Source of the DNA: an uncultured Clostridia bacterium
Lineage (GTDB): Bacteria; Bacillota; Clostridia; HGM11514
Length of the DNA: 42,555 nucleotides
Assembly (NCBI GenBank): GCA_902478725.1
Contig: CABSMD010000002.1
Coordinates: 1 to 42,555, forward strand
Direction of reading: 5' to 3'
Positions 28,001 to 35,027 of the stretch are shown here, one piece after another; the first letter of the stretch is position 1; the number at the start of each line of letters is the position of its first letter. A program made the position numbers and the translations under genes. The notes beneath the pieces are model-generated. The model was given only the letters and a program-made list of their open reading frames with translations, ran no database searches and was not told the DNA's origin.

Positions 28001-28126
28001 GATTATGTGGACGAAGCAACGACGGCGGGCCTGATCAGTGGAATGACGGCAGACACCTTTGCCCCTGCTGAAAACACCACCCGCGCACAGGCCGCATCCG
28101 TCATCAAGCGGCTGCTGGATCAATAG
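22085..28126 (+). CDS. Giant (2013 aa) secreted, SLH-anchored multidomain beta-helix protein (putative cell-surface glycan-active enzyme)
   Basis: Signal peptide ..NTLGVAFA|AD. The CBM-like N-domain is a paralog of 20329..22011. Two Ig-like repeats follow (LSYQWQSSADEKSWSDIDGATGAEY; YAYQWQRSDSGSDYTDIGGATGESY). The beta-helix module runs from about aa 450 to 1170 (FYVDGKSDGIGTLESPFSTLEQARDAVR.., EIDMPGESYMD, DMGAIYWN). After it come a further Ig-like repeat, two FIVAR-like helical segments (GQYPQAAIDALTKAAEAARIA..; GQYPSAAGLDAAIAAANTAL..) that flank a LamG/concanavalin-like region, and a Gly-rich linker. Three C-terminal SLH repeats (FKDTLGHWAQSDIEAMAARGIVTG; FSDVAEDGWYYTYVNAAANVGIISG; FSDKDAISGWAYDYVDEATTAGLISG) lie at about nt 27600-28120. 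Confidence 0.9.
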   Translation: MKKALKLTFSLLLLLCMVGNTLGVAFAADGAVLVAWAMEPVGGAAVTYLGFAGEGVIPVSADGLIADTVGNNTKGIDGTAAATFRSVSYQVKHPLMLVDTRTGTIKPKAGHTYFKSAMMRLNGEEYGGKAQEQTKEITTFREQSGAGFLAKAGDFAEKLATYDASKDAITDNYNWYNDPAKGLSYTLTTDWQRVSEAVYYDAANPVSGADRSGWTVLTRPDWSSEVWSRNWEIVVDDYILLEVPNDDLLATVYPMVYGTKIESSGKQTGDKLTASAAFYDVNPMAEPALSYQWQSSADEKSWSDIDGATGAEYTLTDADVNPATAKSFRVAATVKSVNSGGQEITKTAYSQPFAASGDAVLTAVELSSTTPFVGQSLTAKPSVIREDKVTGYAYQWQRSDSGSDYTDIGGATGESYETTAEDKGKFIRAGVSITTAEGTSEMVYSQGVKVYGADDEFTFYVDGKSDGIGTLESPFSTLEQARDAVRNARKGGMENPVTVYLRGGEYYRDTQFVLDANDKNVTFAAYPGEEVQITGGKHVEQQYIKKVTDETVLNRLVEPAARNHLYQVDLSAYYDEIPAVKDWSSGLCGWDETPFTDQVRIVVNGSATDISRWPNATERELTTTSISGSKGQRTTVTYTDPTNRASKWSPKAFDHLMIKGHMAYHWTYNMQYINDFDVEKQKFTSKNPTGENWQKDEAFYFYNLLDEIDMPGESYMDTENKILYFYGYGDMENPDVIAPISTARFISIVNSQNITFRDIDFGYTRGNVVEAYGHNGLTFDGCDWKHFMRRNYMFGENGLVTNCYLYGGAVSMLCWQDYNKGNNIETAVDGISANNAAVNNRFNLGNVLHYYSSPGMTSNSSNGFVVRNNEFYNSPAIALGVGWSGDILVEKNYIHDNVQWTGDMGAIYWNLNSSLLGNEFRYNLFENNGSSYGDGWSQSIFWDDIAAGPWVHHNIFNRGTLPTSEGGTRYPLKGFGGNFATVENNVFIDVPYGAQFQVYYPNNDKKQTGWWLSVFGKAADGMNGATYTEANWKGVKALISDSKSAERYKGTPWEKFFDYVNIDIYNSEGMANLDRNKDKDALMKLAEKYAPSEQNWFTNNVLVGSLSNKIGLDPTYHNGVETNSYFADMSEADSLFTDYAGGDFSLSAAGLAKVKSQISEFENIDTSDIGPQPYERDGKAQTVGGGRPVISNPSIRLNGGYASVDYRFTDPDGDKEGRHMVTWYVSDKADGTYKKLGAGNMHSLPVSEVEGKYVKYQIIPYDATGLDGEAVWSQAMLAEGGSGADKTVLWDTIDEAESLLSGAVAGDDEGQYPQAAIDALTKAAEAARIAANTPGLSQSEVNAAVIALQEAVSAFRNAQVSLLDYQSLKPLLADTANWKTVAGDAPTFTDGSMVVPDGSWVSYAGSKYKNKMFHFRMKLEKESDTDDLSGAVLFRVGDPESLIWENQNTGYLLWLKDSTLEYQVWRGTSSDKKEFKNDFIRPDTEHELTVGVYDMADNKVKYLVYIDGVKVYEAEDEALYGGEGYLCFTTNGAKMTISPVEVDTGKLETQIQEAGKLRSEAVIGNGYGQYPSAAGLDAAIAAANTALTDDNAIQKDIDLAESDLRSAVTVFKATIIDNEDVTNDKTITINDEIPAATFRVASGVSLKLQVDPSRQQPKVTTETATNAGKVMMEIPSGTTLTASGWNGILQTPFYGTTPSKTIQNATISGVYKIGADTVINASRAVRILLPGQAGKTVAYLEDGKYTVVRDTLSADNQATADRELANGGVKKITSGNDLVIWTTQLTEFVTYTKASNPTDPSIPTPTLPNYGGGGTSGGGNGSGSMLGLGNNQTPSATGRFKDTLGHWAQSDIEAMAARGIVTGVTADTFEPDRAITRAEFATLIVKALNLSSNASAGFSDVAEDGWYYTYVNAAANVGIISGYDGQFRPDDRITREEMAVVLCKAYAFLEKSAGRGGIDRFSDKDAISGWAYDYVDEATTAGLISGMTADTFAPAENTTRAQAASVIKRLLDQ
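22293..22510 (+). repeat. Near-identical 218-nt direct repeat, copy 2 (inside 22085..28126)
   Basis: See copy 1 at 20531-20748. The mismatches I found are at the positions equivalent to 20541 (G/A), 20700 (C/T) and 20712 (A/G). Confidence 0.85.
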
Positions 28127-28156
28127 GCTTATTCCATCTCCTTTTTTAATCGGGTT

Positions 28157-28181
28157 GGACGGGCCGGATTCCGGCCCGTTC
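28157..28181 (+). terminator. Weak candidate terminator or structured element after the giant SLH gene
   Basis: ACGGGCCGG-ATT-CCGGCCCGT, a 9-11 bp GC-rich stem. No U-tract follows immediately; TTTTT appears about 15 nt later. Confidence 0.35.
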
Positions 28182-28283
28182 CTCCCCAATAGATTGCGTT
28201 TTTCTTTTCATCTTCTTCATTTTAATAAAGGGTGGGGGAGCGTATGCTCCCCCTGCCCGAATCCTAGTATAGGAGGACATTTT

Positions 28284-29723
28284 ATGAAAAAAATAGTAGC
28301 TTTGGCGCTGGTTTTGGCATTGACACTCGGGTTCGCTGGCTGCGGGAACAAATCCGCATCGGTGAATTTGACCGACGATATGAGCCAGCACGTCAATTTA
28401 AAATGGTACATCCGCTGCGAGGAGCCCAAGGGCTTTGACGAGGTTATGGCAGCGGTAAATGAGTATTTGAATGAAAAACTGAACGCGACGCTGGAGCTGG
28501 TCTGCGTCCAGCCCGGGGATTATAACCAAAAGATGCAGATGGCATTTGCAGCGCAGGAGGATTTTGATCTGGTCTGGACCTCCAACTGGTCGAACCCCTT
28601 TGAGGACAACATCGATAAGGGCGCCTATATGGAGCTTAACGACCTGCTTGAGCAGGTGCCGGAGCTGAAGGAGTTTTACAACGAACAAATCTGGAAGGGC
28701 GTCAGCGTAAACGACAAGATCTACGGGGTGCCGATGTATCAGGCGATGACCTCCCAGACCGGCCTTGCCATGAAAAAGGACATTGTGGAGAAGTACGGGA
28801 TCGACCCCTACAGTATCGACAGCTTCGATGAGCTGACAAAGGTTTACCAGACGGTTAAGGACAATGAGCCGGGTCTGTACATCACCACCACCGGCACCGA
28901 TTATTTCAGGAGCAAGGAGATGCGCACCTCCTCGGTTGTTGGAATCGAGATCAATATGCAAGACGAGGTTCTAAACGATTTTGACCTGCGCGAGGGTTAC
29001 TGGCATGAAATGAAGGAATGGAACGACCGTGGCTTCTTCCCGCCGGACATCCTGACGCTTTCCGATACGACCGCGCTGTTTAAGGGGGAGAAGGTATTTA
29101 GCTGCTACCAACGTTATCTGCCCGGTGTGGACGGCAAATGGAAGATCAATTACGGCTATGACGTCGTGACCGTACCCACCAACGAACCAATGATCAACCG
29201 CGGCGCAATTGCCAGCACCATTACGTCCGTCAGCTCGTCCTCCAAAAATCCGGTGCGCGCGCTGAAATTGCTGGCGCTTACCCACACGGACGAATACCTG
29301 CTCAACCTTCTATGCTATGGCCTGGAGGGCAGGGACTATACCAAAGACCCCGGTAATCCCAAGCGGATGCAACGGGAAAGCGGCAGCTACTATATCTCAG
29401 AGTTCATGATCGGCAATCAGTTTTTGGCCTACCTGGTGCCCTCTTATGAGGACGATGTGTGGGAAGAGACCGAAAAGCTCAATAAAGAGGCGAAAATCGA
29501 TCCGAACATCGGCTTTACCTTCAACCGGGAACCGGTTCTGAGCGAGCTCACAAACGTCACCTCGGTTCGGAATGAATATACGAAGGCCTTGTCCTTCGGT
29601 GCGGGCGACACGGACAAAACGATCGAAGAATTCCGCAACAAGGTCACCCTTGCCGGCCTTGACAAGGTGCAGGCCGAGGTGGAAAAGCAGTTTACCCAAT
29701 GGAAGCAGGCACAAAACCAATAA
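28284..29723 (+). CDS. ABC-transporter extracellular solute-binding lipoprotein (sugar-type, family 1 / LplA-like); no cognate permease genes in the window
   Basis: I trimmed the ORF to the ATG at 28284, which follows an AGGAGG SD. The upstream part of the track ORF overlaps the preceding gene and the intergenic hairpins. The lipoprotein signal is MKKIVALALVLALTLGFAG|CGNKS with a lipobox. The 479-aa product has the size and composition of large Firmicute sugar-binding proteins. Confidence 0.8.
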   Translation: MKKIVALALVLALTLGFAGCGNKSASVNLTDDMSQHVNLKWYIRCEEPKGFDEVMAAVNEYLNEKLNATLELVCVQPGDYNQKMQMAFAAQEDFDLVWTSNWSNPFEDNIDKGAYMELNDLLEQVPELKEFYNEQIWKGVSVNDKIYGVPMYQAMTSQTGLAMKKDIVEKYGIDPYSIDSFDELTKVYQTVKDNEPGLYITTTGTDYFRSKEMRTSSVVGIEINMQDEVLNDFDLREGYWHEMKEWNDRGFFPPDILTLSDTTALFKGEKVFSCYQRYLPGVDGKWKINYGYDVVTVPTNEPMINRGAIASTITSVSSSSKNPVRALKLLALTHTDEYLLNLLCYGLEGRDYTKDPGNPKRMQRESGSYYISEFMIGNQFLAYLVPSYEDDVWEETEKLNKEAKIDPNIGFTFNREPVLSELTNVTSVRNEYTKALSFGAGDTDKTIEEFRNKVTLAGLDKVQAEVEKQFTQWKQAQNQ

Positions 29724-29737
29724 AATACTCACTCGAC

Positions 29738-29768
29738 GCCGGACGCCCGCATCTGCCGGGCGTCCGGC
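29738..29768 (+). promoter_or_regulatory. GC-rich intercistronic hairpin after the SBP gene (attenuator or mRNA-stabiliser candidate)
   Basis: A perfect 12-bp stem, GCCGGACGCCCG / CGGGCGTCCGGC, with a 7-nt loop and no U-tract. Confidence 0.45.
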
Positions 29769-29813
29769 TGTCGCAGAGGGCTTACATCATATTTTGGACA
29801 GAAAGGATATGCT

Positions 29814-30623
29814 ATGGAAAAGACATCGCTCTTGATCATTGGGGCAACCGTTTTAGGGACGGCCGCCGCCATCTCGACCGGCGGGGATTATGTCCTGCTG
29901 GAGGAAGGCGTTACGCCGGGCTGGGAGTTTGTTTCCGCCTTCCGTCACCGGCCGCTTGGCGATATACAGGGATCCAACGGTTTGCAACCGTTCAGCGAAC
30001 CCACACGCCGGCTGTATGACGGCCTGCTGCGGCGAAATTGCATCGGTGAAGACGGCGGACTGCACCTCTTTCCGGTGGCGGGACTCCTGGCCTCCTGCCT
30101 GCTGGAAAAGCCGGGAGAGGTTCATTTTTCCACCGTTGTTACCAATATCATACCCAAGGACGGCGGGTATCTGGTGGAGGCCTCCGGACTGGATGGGAAA
30201 ATGTCGTTCTGGGCCGAACGGATACTGGACACTACCTCATTGGGGGTATTGCACTCCCTTGCCGCGGATTGTGCTATCCAAAAAGGTTTGTGTGGGATGC
30301 TGGTCGGGCCATGTGAGGAACTGGAGGAAGAAGCCATTTCGATTGTGAAGGGGCGGTTTGACAACGAATACATCCTCCGTCTCTATCTGCCGTTTGATAC
30401 CGCCTGGCCGCAGGCACGTCTGGCCTTGCATGAGGCATGGCAGCAGGTGTGGAAACGCTTTCCCAACTGCCGGTTTACCGTTTCCGCCCTAGAGTATGAT
30501 TATGAATTCGGCGCGCCGGTTGCACAGGAGGTGGAGCCGGGCTGGCTATGGCGGCCATCCGTATCCTGCGGCAATCTGTTTGAGGCATTTGAAGGAGGCA
30601 TACAATGCGTTACTCGTATCTAG
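29814..30623 (+). CDS. Hypothetical protein with a degenerate Rossmann-like N-terminus
   Basis: 269 aa. The N-terminus LLIIGATVLGTAAAISTGGDYVLLEEG resembles a dinucleotide-binding beta-alpha-beta unit, but the GxGxxG motif is degenerate. A GAAAGGA SD is present. Its 3' end overlaps the next gene by 19 nt. Confidence 0.65.
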   Translation: MEKTSLLIIGATVLGTAAAISTGGDYVLLEEGVTPGWEFVSAFRHRPLGDIQGSNGLQPFSEPTRRLYDGLLRRNCIGEDGGLHLFPVAGLLASCLLEKPGEVHFSTVVTNIIPKDGGYLVEASGLDGKMSFWAERILDTTSLGVLHSLAADCAIQKGLCGMLVGPCEELEEEAISIVKGRFDNEYILRLYLPFDTAWPQARLALHEAWQQVWKRFPNCRFTVSALEYDYEFGAPVAQEVEPGWLWRPSVSCGNLFEAFEGGIQCVTRI

Positions 30624-32479
30624 AAGGAAAGCAGCTCAGAAGGACGGAGGTTCAGCCCGCTTTTGATCTGGAGTGTGAAATTCTGGTAGCAGGCCTGGGC
30701 AGCGCCGGTAGTATCGCGGCAGTTGTTGCGGCAGAATGCGGCCGTTCGGTCATTGGCATCGACCGCCTCTCCGCCATTGGGGGCTTAAGCACGGCGGGCT
30801 GTGTCTGGGACTATTACTATGGGGTTCCCGGCGGCCGTGGACAGGAGATCAACCAGGTCTGTCAGGAGATGAACCACGCGGGCTATGCCGAAACCAATAA
30901 GGGCAGTGAATACGATAGCTTTTCCAGCGCCGTGCGTTCGGTCGTGCTGGAGCAGGCCGCGCTTTCGGCCGGTTGTAAGATTTTATATAAGACCGTTCTT
31001 CTTGGAATCTATCTGGAAGGTAACTGTGTGACCGGCGTCCGTTGTATCCAGGGTGGGAAGCAGCTTTCCATTCGCTGCCAAACCCTGATCGACTGCACAG
31101 GGGATTCTCATGCGGCGCGGATGGCGGGCTGCGAGACCCAATATGGACGCAGCACCGACGGGATGCATATCGTCTCCTCCAACGCCACCACCATGCAGGT
31201 GGATGGAAACTTTAAAAACGTATGGAGCCACAGCAGCATCGGCGATTGTTCGGATGACCGGGAATTTACCGAAATCAACCTGCAAAGCTCGGCCCGTTAC
31301 CCCCGTTTGTATGATTACTATGAAGAGGACAATCGTACCCTGTTTCTGGGCGAGGTTTTTGGAATGCGCGACGGGCACCGAATTGTGGCGGATGAGATGA
31401 TCACCTTTGCGGATTACGCGGCGGGGTATCGCACCTGCGAGCCTGTGTTTTACGCGGCCTCACAGGTGGATGATCCGAACTTCGACATCGCAAACGGCGA
31501 GGAGGTGGCTCAGGACTGGAAGCTGATCAGCGGGCTGGACGGGTATGGCATCACGCTGGGGATCCCGTTGGGGGCACTGCTTCCCAAAAATATGGAAGGG
31601 CTTCTGGTCGCCGGCAAAGGCCTGGGAATCGGGCATGACCTACAAGGCTGTGTGCGGATGCGCTGGGACATGGAGCATTCCGCCGAAGCGGCAGCGGTTG
31701 CCGCCAGTCTGGCTATCGAACGGGAGACCACTCCACGCGGCCTGGATTATGCTGTGTTATCGGAGGAAATGCGTCGGCGTGGCCTGCTCAATGATGCCGA
31801 TAATGTAGGCTATATCGATTTGCAGGAGGTAGATGGACAGGGTGGCGTACCTGCCCATATGCCGCAGGGAATCGCGCAGATGCGTTCCGCCCTCTCCAAG
31901 AGAACGGCGGATACCGTTTTCTGGGCGGCGCGGAACGAAACGGACGCCGCGCTCACAGATGCTCTGCGGGAGTGGATGGCAGAGGGGGATCCCATTCTGC
32001 GCCATAACAGTGCGATTGCCGCCGCAATGCGCGGCGACGAAACCGCCCTGCCGGTCTTGCGTGAAATCGTGCAGGCCGGCCCTGCCGCGCCGGAAAGGAT
32101 CGTACACCACGGTTTTGTTAACCTGCCGTTTACCTCGGCGCTTTGCCTGCTGGGACGGCTGGGCGGCCCGCAGGATACCGAGCTTTTGATCTGGGTGGCC
32201 GAGAACGGGGAGGCTATGGCGGAAAAAATGCCTGTGGCCTCAAACGCCTACTTCCGTGTCAGCGGGGATTGGGCGTTCCAGTTTGTATCGCTGGCCATCT
32301 CTTCGCTTGTTAAGCTTGCCGGACGCTACCCGCTTGCGCAGGCGGATAACTGGCTGCAAAACTGGCTGGAAAACGGCGTGTGCCCCCAAAACAGCCGGGG
32401 CGGGCTGTACCTTGATTCGATCCACAGGATCGTCCGTAACTACATAAACGACCGACGAGGACAGGTAAAAGAGGCATAA
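30605..32479 (+). CDS. FAD-dependent oxidoreductase (FAD_oxidored/PF12831-like) with a HEAT-like C-terminal region
   Basis: 624 aa. The N-terminus reads ILVAGLGSAGSIAAVVAAECGRSVIGIDRLSAIGGLSTAG (GxGxxG plus the downstream GG motif). The C-terminal helical repeats read ALREWMAEGDPILRHNSAIAAAMRGDETALPVLREIV. A GAAGGAGG SD is present. Confidence 0.8.
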   Translation: MRYSYLEGKQLRRTEVQPAFDLECEILVAGLGSAGSIAAVVAAECGRSVIGIDRLSAIGGLSTAGCVWDYYYGVPGGRGQEINQVCQEMNHAGYAETNKGSEYDSFSSAVRSVVLEQAALSAGCKILYKTVLLGIYLEGNCVTGVRCIQGGKQLSIRCQTLIDCTGDSHAARMAGCETQYGRSTDGMHIVSSNATTMQVDGNFKNVWSHSSIGDCSDDREFTEINLQSSARYPRLYDYYEEDNRTLFLGEVFGMRDGHRIVADEMITFADYAAGYRTCEPVFYAASQVDDPNFDIANGEEVAQDWKLISGLDGYGITLGIPLGALLPKNMEGLLVAGKGLGIGHDLQGCVRMRWDMEHSAEAAAVAASLAIERETTPRGLDYAVLSEEMRRRGLLNDADNVGYIDLQEVDGQGGVPAHMPQGIAQMRSALSKRTADTVFWAARNETDAALTDALREWMAEGDPILRHNSAIAAAMRGDETALPVLREIVQAGPAAPERIVHHGFVNLPFTSALCLLGRLGGPQDTELLIWVAENGEAMAEKMPVASNAYFRVSGDWAFQFVSLAISSLVKLAGRYPLAQADNWLQNWLENGVCPQNSRGGLYLDSIHRIVRNYINDRRGQVKEA

Positions 32480-32524
32480 ATACAATCAAAACAAGTTCAT
32501 AACGACGACTGGGAGGTATGTAAA

Positions 32525-35026
32525 ATGAAAAAATTGTTACTCTTTGCATTGATTTTAACCATGTTCTGCCCCTTGCTGGGCGCGCCCGTTTTCGCGGCGG
32601 AGACGGCGGAGCAGACGACCCTTTTCGTGGCAACCGACGGCTCGGATACCAATGCCGGCACGATTGACGCGCCGTTTGCAACCCTTGCCAAAGCGCAGGA
32701 GGCGGCACGCAAAGCCGGCGGTGCAGTGATCAACCTGCGCGGCGGAACCTATACATTTTCCGAAACGCTCTCGCTGGACGAACGCGATAATAACACCACC
32801 TTCCGTGCCTACCAGGGCGAGGAGGTCATTTTAAGCGGCGCGCAGTCCATCCCGTCCTCTGCGTTTACCCCCATTGCAGACGCGGCGGTCAAGGAACGGA
32901 TCGTGGAAAAAGACGCGCGTGACAAGGTGCTTGTCGCCGATCTGAAGGAGCTGGGCATTACCGATTATGGAAAACTGCACTATTTTGACCTGTACTTCGG
33001 CGGCGGCAGCAATCCGGCGCTCTATTACAACGATGAAATGTTGGATCTGGCGCGCTATCCCAACGAGGGCTATCTAAACGTGGATAAGGTGATTGAAGCG
33101 GGGCATCAGGACATCGGCATCACCGCAACCGAAGAGCAGCGCAATCCCTTTACCATGGCGACCAACGACAAACGCTTAAATAACTGGAAACAGGCCAACG
33201 ATCCCTGGATTTACGGCTTTTTTATGTACGACTATGCCGACGGGGCCTATGGCGTAACCATTGATTATGAAAACGGCAATGCCATCACCACCAATTCGGT
33301 GTCCGGCCAGGGTGTGAACGAAAACCGGCGGTTCTACTTTTTCAATCTGCTCGAGGAAATCGACCTGCCCGGCGAGTGGTATTTAGACCGTGAGACCGGC
33401 CTGCTTTACCTCTATCCCAAGGATGTCATTTCCTCCGCGAGGGTGGAATTTTGCAATTTCTCGGACAGCTTTTTCAACATGGAAAATGTAAAAAACATCC
33501 GGTTCCAGGGAATCCGGATGGAGAAGAGCACCGGAAGCGCTATCATCGGCAAAAACTGTGACAATGTGGATATCGACGGATGCGACTTTACCAACATCTC
33601 AAACGGCGTGGTGATATTGGAGGCAACCGTGAACTCCAAGATCCGTAATTGCCACGCCTATCACAACGGTTCCGAGGTGTTCTACATTGAGGGCGGCGAC
33701 CCGGCGACCCTGACCCACTCGGAAAACTATGTCATCAACAACCACATCGAGGATTATGCACGAATCATGGCGACCTACCAGTCCGCGATCGATTTTCGCG
33801 GGGTGGGAGCCGTCATCAGCCATAATAAAATCCACAATGCGCCCCACTTTGCCATGAATTTCGACGGGCAGGAGCATGTGGTGGAATATAACGAGATTTA
33901 TGATGTGTGTAAGGACTCCTCCGACGCGGGCGCGATCTATTCCGGCCAGACGATGTTCAAAAAGGGGAATGTGATCCGCTATAACTATTTCCATGACATG
34001 AAAGCGATCGAATCCAACCAGGGTATGAAGATACAGGCGGTGTATCTGGATGACAGATTCTGCTCCGCCGAGGTTTACGGCAACCTGTTTTATAAGGTAA
34101 GCGCGGTCGCCCTCTACGGCGGGGGACGGAACAATACCTTTGAGAACAACCTGATGCTGGATTGCGAATACCCCTTTGCCATGGACGCACGCGGCACTTG
34201 GGGCGGCAGCTGGTCGTGGCTGTCCGACAATCAGAAATGGGCCTGGGACAATCTGGAGAAGCTTCCTTATAAAACCGGGGTATGGCTGGAACGGTATCCT
34301 GAGCTGGCCGAGATGAGGAATGACGAACCTGATCTGCCTAAATACAATGTGATCAAAAATAACGTATCCTATCAAACGCCTGAAATGGACCTTGCACCGG
34401 AGGTCATCCAGTACAGCACGGTGGAGAATAACATCACCGTCAAGGATACCAAATCGTTTGCAGACTATAAAAACGGCGACTACACCGTTTTGGAGGATAG
34501 TGAAATCTTAGAAAAGATTCCGGATTGGGAGCCCATCCCCTATGAAAAGATCGGTCTGCGTAACGACGCGGAGGAGATCGCAGAGCAGTCGGTTCTTCTT
34601 TCTATCGGTTCACCCCGGGCGGTCGCGCTGGGAAAGGAAACCTTTGTGGACGCGGCAAACCTTGCTGTACAGCCGGTTGTGTTGGATGGGCGCACCCTCG
34701 TGCCGGTACGGTTCATCGCTGAAAGCTTTGGCGCAACCGTCGGCTGGGAGGGCGAGACCCAAACCGTGACCGTACAGCTGGGCGATACTACTATTACCCT
34801 GCAAATCGGCAGCCGCGACATGACCGTAAATGGGAAAAAGACAACGCTGGACGTTACCGCCCAGACCATCAACGACCGCACCCTGATCCCCCTGCGGGCC
34901 ATTGCGGAGGCGCTGGGGAAGACGGTGTTCTGGGACGATAAGGGACTGATCGCCATCAGCGACACTGACTTGGTGGACGCGGACGATTGGCTTGTGATCG
35001 ATGCACTGATTCGGAAGGTGGAGTAA
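32525..35026 (+). CDS. Secreted right-handed parallel beta-helix protein with a copper-amine-oxidase-N-like C-terminal domain (paralog of 11512..14097)
   Basis: 833 aa. Signal peptide ..LLGAPVFA|AE. Motifs: LFVATDGSDTNAGTIDAPFATLAKAQEAARK, LARYPNEGY, EIDLPGEWYLDRETGLLYLYP and DAGAIYSGQTMFKKGNVIRYNYFHDM. The C-terminus reads LDGRTLVPVRFIAESFGATVGWEG...NDRTLIPLRAIAEALG. Confidence 0.85.
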   Translation: MKKLLLFALILTMFCPLLGAPVFAAETAEQTTLFVATDGSDTNAGTIDAPFATLAKAQEAARKAGGAVINLRGGTYTFSETLSLDERDNNTTFRAYQGEEVILSGAQSIPSSAFTPIADAAVKERIVEKDARDKVLVADLKELGITDYGKLHYFDLYFGGGSNPALYYNDEMLDLARYPNEGYLNVDKVIEAGHQDIGITATEEQRNPFTMATNDKRLNNWKQANDPWIYGFFMYDYADGAYGVTIDYENGNAITTNSVSGQGVNENRRFYFFNLLEEIDLPGEWYLDRETGLLYLYPKDVISSARVEFCNFSDSFFNMENVKNIRFQGIRMEKSTGSAIIGKNCDNVDIDGCDFTNISNGVVILEATVNSKIRNCHAYHNGSEVFYIEGGDPATLTHSENYVINNHIEDYARIMATYQSAIDFRGVGAVISHNKIHNAPHFAMNFDGQEHVVEYNEIYDVCKDSSDAGAIYSGQTMFKKGNVIRYNYFHDMKAIESNQGMKIQAVYLDDRFCSAEVYGNLFYKVSAVALYGGGRNNTFENNLMLDCEYPFAMDARGTWGGSWSWLSDNQKWAWDNLEKLPYKTGVWLERYPELAEMRNDEPDLPKYNVIKNNVSYQTPEMDLAPEVIQYSTVENNITVKDTKSFADYKNGDYTVLEDSEILEKIPDWEPIPYEKIGLRNDAEEIAEQSVLLSIGSPRAVALGKETFVDAANLAVQPVVLDGRTLVPVRFIAESFGATVGWEGETQTVTVQLGDTTITLQIGSRDMTVNGKKTTLDVTAQTINDRTLIPLRAIAEALGKTVFWDDKGLIAISDTDLVDADDWLVIDALIRKVE

Positions 35027-35027
35027 C

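Noticed and set aside
28059-28283. The N-terminal 75-aa extension of the ORF-track entry 28059..29723.
   Set aside because: It overlaps the 3' end of the 2013-aa gene and the intergenic hairpins. A canonical AGGAGG SD, an ATG and a lipoprotein signal peptide begin at 28284.
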